A stretch of 64,000 bases of DNA from Diadema antillarum (Eukaryota), in the NCBI RefSeq assembly GCF_040938485.1, contig NW_027271020.1:2914001-2978000 (forward strand), given 5' to 3'. The notes beneath the pieces are model-generated. The model was not told the origin of the DNA, ran no database searches, and saw nothing but the letters and a program-made list of their open reading frames with translations. Within the stretch, counting starts at the first letter, position 1. Every line of letters starts with the position of its first letter. Below are positions 1 to 11,369 of the stretch, piece by piece. The position numbers were made by a program, and so were the translations under genes.

Positions 1-422
1 TCCCTCGGGTACTGGAATGATGCTTTCTGCAAAGTAAGTAGCGGTATGGAGAACAACAACTGCATGTACATTTGATTGAACACTATCTGATTCGAGCTGA
101 CTGACTCTCCTACAAGAACAACCAACATACTACAGATCGACAACATCATTGTTGAAAACAGAGCGTAAATCTTGCCTTTCAGCCGACTCGGACAGCAAAA
201 AGTCCCTAGATATTTGGTCCTATTGTTTGATGTCAGAGAACTGCTCTCTGACGGAGCTGTCTCTTCTTTCAAATTCAAAAATTCTCTGTCCTTGCAGCTC
301 TCTTCTGGGTGGGTCGTCATAATATTAGTCACTGGGTCATTATGGTCGTCGCTGGTGGTGTCATAACCCTTGTTGACGAAAGCATTACTATTATAGCTAC
401 TGCCTTCATCAATGCCTTTCAT
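1..422 (-). CDS. SLC35G1-like: SLC35G-like EamA/DMT transporter, subtype A copy 1 (5' part only; runs off window; ancestral start at 546 is frameshifted)
   Basis: Manual translation from ATG at 422 gives MKGIDEGSSYNSNAFVNKGY...RLKGKIYALFSTMMLSICSMLVVLVGESVSSNQIVFNQMYMQLLFSIPLL, colinear with the intact ORF at 11370-12719. An 11-nt deletion near 485-490 relative to A2 puts ATG 546 out of frame (stop at 460). Confidence 0.8.
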   Translation of the reverse strand, partial: MKGIDEGSSYNSNAFVNKGYDTTSDDHNDPVTNIMTTHPEESCKDREFLNLKEETAPSESSSLTSNNRTKYLGTFCCPSRLKGKIYALFSTMMLSICSMLVVLVGESVSSNQIVFNQMYMQLLFSIPLLTLQKASFQYPR

Positions 423-574
423 TGTGTGTGAATCGGAAAGGCGTGTATTGCCGGAGTCCTCAAGTGTTTGCGAAGATGTCGATCGTGAAAATTCCGCAAT
501 CTCGACTACTTTCTTGATAAAATCTGCTTTCCGGGACTGGATTCATGATTTCGGAATCTGCATAAGCTGTCCAG

Positions 575-756
575 CTATGGATGACAGAGCAAACATAAGC
601 AAAGTAATAAAATAAAACATAAATTCTACCTAAGGGAGTATGAGTCACATAATGAATATAAAGGAAAGTGTAGGTGATTGCGATTAGGAGATGGTATTGG
701 TTCTCACTTTCATACTGAAAGTTGATTTACCGGCACTGAAGGATGTACTATGTTCT

Positions 757-798
<42 letters not shown>

Positions 799-2738
799 AA
801 ATACAAAACCCATGTTCTAATTGGATTTCAGACTATGCCTTCCCCGACATGGTGAAATTGCGGCGCTTAAGAGAATGTATGTACCTTAGCAAATTTTCTG
901 TCATTCACCTTGATGTGTGAAGATATTCTCAACAGGACACTAAGCAACAAGGGCTGTATCAACGGTGTTTCCGTAACAACGGAGGTTACCGTTTGTAATT
1001 GTGTGTCTTATGTCCTATTGGAGAAAGAGTTCGTTTCAACGAAAGTGCAGTACAAAACGATAAAACGTTAACATTCAAACACAAGATATTTTTTTTTCTT
1101 TCCATTTTAGGCAATTGTCTAAACAGAAATAGCGTTTAATCGGCTATCAACCCAGTAGGTTATTACAATCATTATCATTATTGTTACGAATGAGTGAACA
1201 CAGCTGTTTTTGTCTTCCAAAGCAGAAAAACAAAAATTGCAGAAATTAACATTTTTTTTTATTCATTTGCAAATGCCCTTCACGATAGCATTGATAAGAA
1301 AGACTTGTTTAACATAATTAGAGACATGAGCGAAAAGTAAAAATGAGTTTTTGTTCCCTTGTATATCCTGATATTCTCATACAAAAACAAAGTAGGAAAC
1401 TAAAGGGGAAAATGAGAGGTTTTCTTTTTGTAAACTGACACTCAATTGAGATATAGGGAGTAAGCCGCAAAGGTGATAAAATGGAAAGAATTTCTGTATT
1501 TCATTTCTTTTAATTTCATAGGAATTTTAGAATTCATGAGAACCAAATACAATATTCAAGTTTCTTAACTTGAAATAATATTCCAAGTTTCTACAATCTG
1601 TTTTTTTTTTATATTGCTTCTTCTTTGATGTCTTTTGATATTTGTTTATTGCCTTTATTTATCTTTGGGGGCTACAGAGACATTATAGAGATCAGAGGGT
1701 GATTTTTTTGCAAATTGATTTATTTTTCTTATTGTGTTAAATTTGTCTTTTGTTCAGAAAATATGTACGAATGAGAAATTGTCCATTTTTGCAATTTTTA
1801 CTTTTGTGCCTTGGACCAGAAAAACGCTGGTGTGCACTCATCCATAAATTTTCCATTTTAATGATCTACCAGGTTAATAGCCAATAAAATTACCTTTAAA
1901 ATGATGTATAAAACATTAATATCTAGCCAGATTTCTATGAGAAACATGAGCTTGAAAAAGTGTTTGTTTTCTTTCTTTTGCTGAGTGTACGTACGTATAT
2001 TCAAAACACGATGACGTTTTGCAGCAAGGAATAATCAAGATCTCCTAGCCTCATTGTGTAAAATGTTATTCTGTCCCACAAGACATTGAATGACTTCAAA
2101 CCTATCCCAATTGCGTTTCGAACCCTATTCATGTTTCCTCAAGTCATTTCAAATTTTATGGTATCGAAATGACGACCGACATCACATAACCGCAGCTGTA
2201 ACACAGAGAGAAAGCGAGGGGGGAGGGGGAGTGTTCGACTAACAACACATGACAACTGTTATAATACCATGTGTTAATGAAGAATTTAGACAGCTGCTTG
2301 GTCAGTGGTGAACTTATCGAAACCGTCACGACCAGACAGACAGATGCATATTACCAAAACAAACAACTGACAGCTGACTGGAATTTGTAAAAGAATACTT
2401 TTGGCTTGTGTTTAAGTTGACTTAGAAGTATAAGACAACAACCTACAAAAGGATGGCGAAAGTTTCATAACGATGAGACGTAAGATAAAGATAAAGATCT
2501 TATAGTTTTTTTCACAATTTCACCAAACTCTGATTCGATCTACTACCACTCTGCAGCTTACAGGATGTAAAAATTTCATATCACAAATTACTTTTCTTGT
2601 CCTATGTCCGATTTTCATTAATCCTCTTTTCGTACGTTCGATTTGATTTTACTTCCTCACCGCAACTGAACTTTCTAGAGCAATATTGTACTTTCCCACC
2701 AACTAATTGTACTGCATACATGTGCCATAAAATCTTAC
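575..2738 (-). other. Putative 5'UTR intron of gene A1
   Basis: Donor AG|GTAAGA (intron starts 2738) and acceptor ctgtcatccatag| (575). Both signals are conserved in the A2 duplicate. Confidence 0.5.
759..792. repeat. (CA)n microsatellite
   Basis: Direct reading. Confidence 0.95.
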
Positions 2739-3212
2739 CTACAATATCAACGGCGCTGGCAACAAGTTGTCACATCAATGTACGTTTGAATGCGTCTCAA
2801 TTGATGTTTGATAATCGACGTCTAATAGGCTTATCTCGAACACACGAGGACTCTTCGCCATACAGCGAATCGTTCACAAAGGTTGACAAATACGAAAACG
2901 TAACGTCAGGCCCCTTTTGTATAATTTCAGACGTAAGATTGTGAGAGGTCAACCATGATCCCCATCAAGTATTCAAAAGCATTACTCATCGAAACATCAG
3001 CTCTTATCAAGCTTCTGTTTCATCTAATATCTGCATTAATAATTGATCCAATGCGTTCGTTACTGTTTAACCCATCCGGTCGGTACTACAGAACTTTGAA
3101 CATCGCCCAGGGTCCATTTGGACTCATCATGTTGAATCCGCCTCGATCCTTCGCTCTTTATCCCTCTGTTTCTCCCTCTTTTTAACACATACGCACACAC
3201 ACACGCATTACA

Positions 3213-3231
3213 CTATCTATCTATCTATCTA

Positions 3232-3276
<45 letters not shown>
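3213..3276. repeat. Compound (CTAT)n(TA)n microsatellite
   Basis: Direct reading. Confidence 0.95.
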
Positions 3277-3280
<4 letters not shown>

Positions 3281-4466
3281 TGTGTAAGTGTGTGTTTGTG
3301 TGTGTGTAGGCTTAGGCATGGGAAGAGTTTCATTTCAAAACGAGTTGCGCGCCACTTTCAAACATCTTTAAGTAAGTCCATCATCAGATAGAGCAATACA
3401 AACTTTCCAGTGATACCTCACTGATTATGTACCTCACTGATTATGTAACATGTAATATTTTTGACATTACCATTAAAGGTTTATCACATACAGATTCGCA
3501 TTGTCTTCTTATTGTAACAGTTTCAGTCACAAATATCTCAAATTGACATGAAAGGTCTTGTTTAACGATCAAACTGTTCATACATTCATTCATTGATAAT
3601 GATACAAATACTGTAACTCGTTATTTAGGTATATATTAAGGATGATTTCTTTTTCTCAAACAATTTGTGTTAGTAAATTGATTAAGTACTCGTATTCGAG
3701 ATTTTGATAAGAGACACCATTCAAGAAAAATCTGGAAACAAAATAGTGAAATACTTTTTGTTTACCACGTTTTAATACTGTGACGACACAAGCTGCTGTT
3801 TTCCCATCTAAAAAGACTATAGCTAACCAATATAATCAATTCAATTCAATTCAATTCAGTTATTTTCATTTATATTTTCCACCAAAATATAACCCAGATG
3901 ATGATGCGATTTTTCTTTAATGTGGATAAATTGTATGATAGCTCAATACGTTCCATTCAATTTGGAGGTATTTATGTGTCATTGCAATGTATTTACCCTT
4001 TGGGATACGATTTTGAAAGTTTTCACCAAGTAAACCATTCTAATAATAATAATAATAATACCATCACACACACACATACGCACGCACACAAAACAACAAC
4101 AGATCAAAAAAATGTTTAAAACGTGTGTCTTCATTATTCACTATGCATTGTGCCTATAATACATTATGGTATGCACAAACGGAGATAGAACACGACACTG
4201 ATCGAGATTACCAATTCTCGTTGCCAAGTTGTCCGGTCTGCGGATCTACGCAGTTAAGTAAACATAAAACGAAGTGATACTGCATGTTCCAAAACCTTTA
4301 CCTATAGAATTTTTAACTCAGATGTAGTCAACTGCTTACAACGGACATAAGGTTAGAAAATATTGTTGAGACAATTGTATATTGTATTCTCTCAGCTTGA
4401 GAACCCTGACGCCTATAGAATCGGCCTTTTGCAGTCTCTGTTATACGGAAATGATAAGCCTCAGAT

Positions 4467-6913
4467 CAACGGCGTAGCCAGGATTTCATCTTAGGGGGGG
4501 GGGGGGGCGGTTAGTCTGCGAGGGAGCGAAGCGACCGAGCCCGAGCGAGCGGAGCGAGCGAGGGGGGGGGGGGGGGGGGAGGGTGTGGGAGGGGTGTGTC
4601 CCCCTCCCACGGTAGGAACTTTTTGCATTTTGATGTTGTAAATGGTGCAATTTGATGCATGTTTTTGCGCATTTTATCGACGTGAAACAGTCCCACTTGT
4701 TTAAGGTAGCAGTTTATTTTGATGTAGATTATTATTGAACAATTTGCCTATAAAATGGTATAATTTAGATAAACATCTTGTATTAATTCTTTTCACTAAA
4801 TATCAGGAACGCCACTGAACCCGAGCGAACGGAGCGAGCGAGGGAGGAGGGGAGGGTGTGGGAGGGGGTGTCCCCCCTCCCACGGTAGGAACTTTTTGCA
4901 TTTTGATGTTGTAAATGGTGCAAATTGATGCATGTTTTTGCGCGTTTTATCGACGTGAAACAGTCCCACTTGTTAAAGGTAGCAGTTTATTTTGATGTAG
5001 ATTATTATTGAACAATTGCCTATAAAATGGTATAATTTAGATAAACATCTTGTATTAATTCTTTTCACTAAATATCATGAACGCGATTGAACCCGAGCGA
5101 GCGGAGCGAGCGAGGGGGGAGGGGAGGGTGTGGGAGTGGGGTGTCCCCCCTCCCACTGTAGGAACTTTTTGCATTTTGATGTTGCAAATGGTGCAATTTG
5201 ATGCATGTTTTTGCGCGTTTTATCGACGTGAAACAGTCCCACTTGTTTAAGGTAGCAGTTTATTTTGATGTAGATTATTATTGAACAATTTGCCTATAAA
5301 ATGGTATAATTTAGATAAACATCTTGTATTAATCCTTTTCACTGCATATCATGAACGCGATTGAACCCGAGCAAGCGGAGCGAGCGAGGGGGGGGGGGGG
5401 GGGGAGGGGAGGGTGTGGAAGGGGGGTGTCCCCCCTCCCACTGTAAGAACTTTTTGCATTTTGATTTTGCAAATGGTTCAATTTGATGCATGTTTTTGCG
5501 CGTTTTATTGACGTGAAACAGTCCCACTTGTTTAAGGTAGCAGTTTATTTTGATGTAGATTATTATTGAACAATTTGCCTATAAAATAGTATAATTTAGA
5601 TAAACATCTTGTATTAATTCTTTTCACTAAATATCATGAACGCGATTGAACCCGAGCGAGCGGAGCGAGCGAGGGGGGAGGGGAGGGTGTGGGAGGGGGG
5701 TGTCCCCCCTCCCACGGTAAGAACTTTTTGCATTTTGATGTTGCAAATGGTGCAATTTGATGCATGTTTTTGCGCGTTTTATCGACGTGAAACAGTCCCA
5801 CTTGTTTAAGGTAGCAGTATATTTTAGTGTAGATTATTATTGAACAATTTGCCTATAAAATGGTATAATTTAGATAAACATCTTGTATTAATTCTTTTCA
5901 CTGAATATCATGAACGCGATTGAACCCGAGCGAGCTTAGCTAGCGAGGGGAGAGGGGAGGGTGTGCCCCCCTCCCACGGTAAGAACTTTTTGCATTTTGA
6001 TTTTGCAAATGGTGCAATTTGATGCATGTTTTTGCGCGTTTTATCGACGTGAAACAGTCCTACTTGTTTAAGGTAGCAGTATATTTTAGTGTAGATTATT
6101 ATTGAACAATTTGCCTTTAAAATGGCATGATTTAAATACATTTATAGTATTAATTCTTTTCACTGAATATTATGAACGCGACTGAACCCGAGCGAGCGGA
6201 GCGAGCGAAGGGGAGGGGAGGGGAGGGTGTGGGAGGGGGGCGTCCCCCCTCCCATGGTAAGAAATTTTTGCATTTTGATGTTTTAAATGGTGCAATTTGA
6301 TGCATGTTTTTGCGTGTTTCAACGAGTTGAGGGGGGAGGGGCGGGCGAGCAGGGAGAAGGCGTGGGCGAGTGTTATCTCCACCCTTCCCTTCCGATGGAG
6401 CTTTTGCCTTTTTAAGGTTGAAATTGAGATATCTCGTATACGCATGAATCAACATTTGGGAAATCACAAAAAAACTGATGGGGGGGGGGGACTGAGGGAG
6501 GAAAGGGTCGATTTAAAGGGGAAATTCCCCTTATACATGAGGGAACCTTGAGTTTTCGGAATATAAGTGATAAGTCTTGTGCACTCAGAATTATTCATGA
6601 TTTTTTGTAAATCTAAAAAGTGTACTTAGTATAGGGAAAGAGGCACAGAGGGGGAGGGTTTGGGAGGGGATACCCCCTCCCAAGCACGAGAGATTTTGCA
6701 TATTTTGAATTGAAATTCAACGATCTGGTGCACACTTTTAGTGAAATATTCAAAAAAATATCTTATTTCATGAAAGGTTGCAAAGGAGACCCGCTTCATG
6801 TGCATGCATACAGTATACACGCATTTTTTTCCGCCTCCCAAATCCCCGGTCCAAATCTTAGGGGGGCGACCGCCCCCATCGCCCCCCCCCCCGCCCCCCT
6901 GGCTACGCCATTG
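4467..6913. mobile_element. Non-autonomous hAT-like DNA transposon with internal satellite
   Basis: 16-bp TIRs CAACGGCGTAGCCAGG / CCTGGCTACGCCATTG and 8-bp TSD CCTCAGAT (4459-4466, 6914-6921). The paralogous empty site near 18975-18990 has a single CCTCAGAT. No transposase ORF. Confidence 0.9.
4541..6315 (+). repeat. Tandem satellite, about 6.5 copies of a ~265-285 bp unit
   Basis: Unit starts CCGAGCGAGCGGAGCGAGCG at about 4541, 4821, 5092, 5366, 5652, 5924 and 6188. Each unit has a poly-G run and a TGGGAGGGGG-loop-CCCCCTCCCA hairpin. Confidence 0.95.
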
Positions 6914-8052
6914 CCTCAGATACAGATAACTGTAAAGGCGAGAAAACTCTGCCATCCTGTTGTGTATTATTAATAAAAGCATCTTTGACAAGAATTCTTT
7001 CGAATCAGTTGAAACTTGTGTACATCGGTAAATATCTTTTGAAGATAAGATAATCCTCATATCTCAATATCTTTCTGACACCTAAATAAGGTTAAACCAC
7101 AGGTTCCGACTATTCTCCTAAGGCCATTACACGGCATGACATGACATTGCATTACATTACGTTTTCCACATCATAATGACGTACATAATGATTACGTACA
7201 TACGTTACGTACATCATTACAGCTCAACACACACCTCATTTTCTGTACGCCCTCTATCTGCTCATTCAGAGATGTCAGATTTATAATATACGTTTTATTT
7301 CATGTTATGTTGTAACATCACCTGGGGCCATTTTCCCAGTTAATCTCTGCTTATTAAGATGGTTCTTGCATGTCTAAACATCTTCTCGAAATCTTTTGAT
7401 ACTCGAAGTGTATGCTCTGTTATTGTACCTTCAGTATGACATTGCTATATTGCTTTACTTTATACGGTTTTCTTATAATTATGTTACATACATATATTGA
7501 CGGACATGATTCTTGTGATCATGCCGACACTTTGTTAAATTGTTTTTTTTTTTTGTATTGTAAATGAAATGCAGAAATAAAGATGAATTAAAGTGGACGG
7601 AAATTTTGCATGAGGTTTCGTAAAAAGCAGTATCAAAACAATTGATTAAATCAGTTCGAATGTGAACGGATTTTTTGTTTTGTTTTTGTTTGTTTGTTCG
7701 TTTGTTTAAATACATATCATAAAATGACGTGACTATAAAAGTCCGTCAGACGGTTCAACTGCCTTACTGATTTTAACAAATAAAATCGAAAATTTAGTAT
7801 GTTAGTTAGTTTTTGATTGTACAATTTAGTTGTATAATGTGATTTGTCATATGATTATGTAAAATGAATTATCTGTTTCTTAAGCATTATCACTAGAGAT
7901 GTATCACGTTGTAGTATCATTATGCTTATGATGAGCACCTTATGAAGGAAAGGGGGCTGTTTTGACCCATCTCGAGCTTGCACTGTGTGAATATGTTGTA
8001 AAAATAGGTTTTTGGTAAACTTAAGAACTGTTCATTGTTATAGGTTTATTAA

Positions 8053-8247
8053 AGGTTCTCTGACATACAAATGCATGTTGATTTGTGCTGATTTATGGTA
8101 CCCTCAACACCACTTTTGCGGTGAAAAGAATACATAGAAACATTCCATCAATACTTTAACTAATTTTCTTTTATTTTCCTTCAGATTACTTGGATACAAG
8201 TCCTTCCAAACCAATATTCCTTTGTACTTTAGTATGTCAGAGAACCT
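8053..8247. mobile_element. Kolobok-like MITE
   Basis: TIR AGGTTCTCTGACATAC / GTATGTCAGAGAACCT flanked by TTAA and TTAG. Absent from paralogous spacers (about 20130, 32570, 45210). Confidence 0.7.
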
Positions 8248-9331
8248 TTAGCCATGGATGCCATGGATACCATGGAAGAACATACCTATCATGTAAATAG
8301 ATCTGAAATTGGCCATGAGCCATTACAAATTCTATAACTCATTACATGTCAAAGTTCAGTAATGTTTGATGATTTACCTTCGATTTACGATCTAAGTATA
8401 TCATATTCAAAACTGTACATTCTTCGTATATGATTTCACTGTAATTGTGTTGTTTTGTTTGGCCAACTAAATGCTACCTCTAATCATAAAAATCACATCT
8501 GCGGAACAAGATCGAGTAGAACGTTTATCTAAATATCTATTTTCTTTATACTGAATCATATTGTCAATCATTCGCGAGTCTCCCCCCCCCCCCAGCTTAC
8601 TCAGTATCTTCAGTCACTCTGCACGATAACAATCGTCAGATTGTAGCTCTGTACAGGAGGGAAAGAGGAATCCATTTGGAGGTAAGATGTCTTGAATCAT
8701 TGGAATTAACATAAATGATATGACATGAAAGGAAATATCATTATATAAAGTGGTACACAAAATAGTAATATATCAAATATTCATTATAAAACTGTACATC
8801 GAACTGGAAAAAAAAAAACACCAGACAATCACATTCTTTCTCATGCGTAGGAAATATGTACAAGATAAAGGATGCAAGATAGTTACTAAAGACAGTGCTG
8901 TATCTGTTAATATTTCGAAATATCAGCGAAGTGAAGGAATTGCCGAGTTTCACAAATATCTCCAGAACATGTTAAAATTTCCCTTGTAAAGAAAACCATT
9001 ACGAGGGCGAAGATGAATTTCAAACAGTTTCCATTGCGGTATTTTACTTCTTCGCAAACACATTAGGCTGTCTCTGGCAACTCTAGAACCTGTCGTGGCT
9101 CTGATCATTGCTGTAATTAGTGGAAAGGACATGGGTCAATGTCAGAACAGCATCATTAATAAATACTACCAGATTCCTTTTATTTTCCTTCATCTATATT
9201 TGCTCGTGAATGTGAAGCTTCATGACCTCGGCGAAACACATGATTGAACATTTTCTTCGTATAATTACCCCCCTCAAAACAAACAAACAAACAAACAAAC
9301 AAACAAAGAAGGAGAAGCAGCAAGTAAAGAT

Positions 9332-10580
9332 TTAAGATACAACACGCAAGCAGCCTTTAAAATTACCATTCGAACACGAAGGTGATGCAGTACTGGATGG
9401 AATTTCTTTTTTGACGGAAGCCGTCATATGATCTCTTCTCCTATGTAACCCCTCAACGGAATTCTCGCTATCGCCAATGACGTAAAAAGTACCCGGATGT
9501 TGATTTAAGCGTCATTTACGGTGCATTATGGGATAGTCCGGTAGCAAAATCACTTCCGTTCGTACGCGCGTGATACGTGACTAATACGATTTACACACAC
9601 AACCGACTGTATTCTACGTGTACTTCCGGTTTTCTCGACTTGAATTACAGCTTTAATATGATTTGAAATTTCTCCATTCTTAAGAAATTGCTGTTACTAC
9701 AACTATTGGTTGTTGCTGCGAAGCTGCCATGTGTTGTTCGCACGACAATAAATGAAAAAAATCTGCAGAAATAGGACCCTTACTGGCATGCGAGACGTGA
9801 CGTGGCAGCGTGGGTGAAGTTTGCGGGTGACTCCACAGCGCAGTACGTGCACGCGCGACTTACTAGTAGTGGTAGTAGCACTAGGTACTAGTAGTAGACC
9901 TAGTACAGTGCCTACGTACATTGTACGTACGTGTACTTACTTGGAAGAAATTGTTTTGGAGACAGGATAAGTTCGAGATCACTGTTCGTTCCCGATTGTG
10001 TTCGCGACATTTCGACAGAGAACAAATAAAGAAAAAAGATGGGCATTCCATGACGATATACTGTATATCCAGGTGGGTGAATATTTTCCAGCATATTTTC
10101 AGCGTATGCAGAGATGACTGATCTGTGATGTACGCCGTACCGGTATGTGTTAGCTTATGCGCTGCAGCGTGCAGTGAGTGGTGCATGCTAGCAAGAAAGG
10201 CCGGCCGCCGGCGGCGGGGACTACAGTGTACGAGTATGCATGACAGGCCTGGCCACTCGCTGGCTCGGGCAGTACAGCGGCCTACTGTACTAGTATCCGT
10301 GGTCGGCGCTGCGCTATAGGTAAGGTACACGTACGCGCACGCTAGCGTTGTGCAAATTATGCCCCGCGCCGGAAGAGCCCTTGCTACCAAGTGAACTAAA
10401 TCTTGACGAGAAAGCCACATCCGGGTACTTTTTACGTCATTGGCGATAGCGAGAATTAGCAGACGATACTGATGAAGTCACCTTGTCATTGACGTTTGTT
10501 TCTCTGTCCTCATCAAAAAGGATCTCGTAGCCAAAATTGTCCATTCCAAGGCTTTCATCTCGATCAGACGTTTGGGTAGG
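9332..10580 (-). pseudogene. Remnant N-terminus of an additional A-like SLC35G paralog, split by a TIR element and lacking the TM region
   Basis: Removing 9464-10453 plus one AATT gives an 84-codon open frame containing GMDNFGYE, VKKEIPS and SCSNGNFKG, matching A2 FVNQGYE, VKEETAPS and SCSQIRLKG. Confidence 0.55.
9464..10453 (+). mobile_element. 990-bp TIR element carrying a degenerate THAP zinc-finger fragment
   Basis: 41-bp perfect inverted repeats (9460-9500, 10417-10457) including flanking AATT. The internal frame near 9940-10030 reads WKKLFWRQDKFEITVRSRLCSRHF, a THAP-like W...F-x2-T-x2-S-x-L-C-S-x-H-F motif. CpG-rich interior. Confidence 0.8.
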
Positions 10581-11369
10581 TTTTTAATGCCAATTAGCGG
10601 AAGGTTATGGAGCCATTACTTTATCATCGCGAATTGTATCAGTCAAGTTTGTTTTCTTTCACGCTTGGCAGTTCGCTTATAAGTTTCTACACACTCATTC
10701 ACAATTTCCATGTACTCAAACAATACGTACATTGCATGGATATGTCAGCAAGTGTAGGTCTATACATGCCCTCTCGATAGAGTGTTTGAATATAATTTTC
10801 TTTTTGTATACGCAGAATCATTTAGAACACATGTATACGGTCAAATTTGAAAGCAAGATTTCTCATTGGGCCGTGATATTCAAATTTTCTTTAATTTCAT
10901 CTGTTTTTCTGATTGTTTCTGACTATAAGAATGACAAAATCGAGTCAAATTCCTCTTGTTTGAGAAACTAAAATAAGAAAATCAATGTCGATGCTAATCA
11001 GGATGCTTAAAGGACCTTTGTTGTCCAAAATGCACTGTTGACCTGTGTAGATTCAGGGTACCCTCAACATCACTTAATTGGCGAAACGAATATCTTTTTT
11101 TTGTCGTTGTTCTTGCATTGTTTTCCAAATCTTTGTTGAAAATATTTTCGAAATGAAACAAATAATATGCAACATAAGTCATGGCCAGCACATGGGACTG
11201 CCCTATTATAAATCGTAGACCTAAATTCAGTCATTTCATAAGAAGTAATTAGAACTGTTTCACGTTGATGTTGTAAAGGCATTATCGCAATGTGCTGTGA
11301 TTTTTACACATGGTTGTAAGAACATCTCTTTCTTCAGATAAGGAAGGAGTATGGGTTATGAATTTGAAT

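Noticed and set aside
4511-7060. Recurrent proline-rich ORFs
   Set aside because: They arise from the poly-G satellite units inside the MITE.
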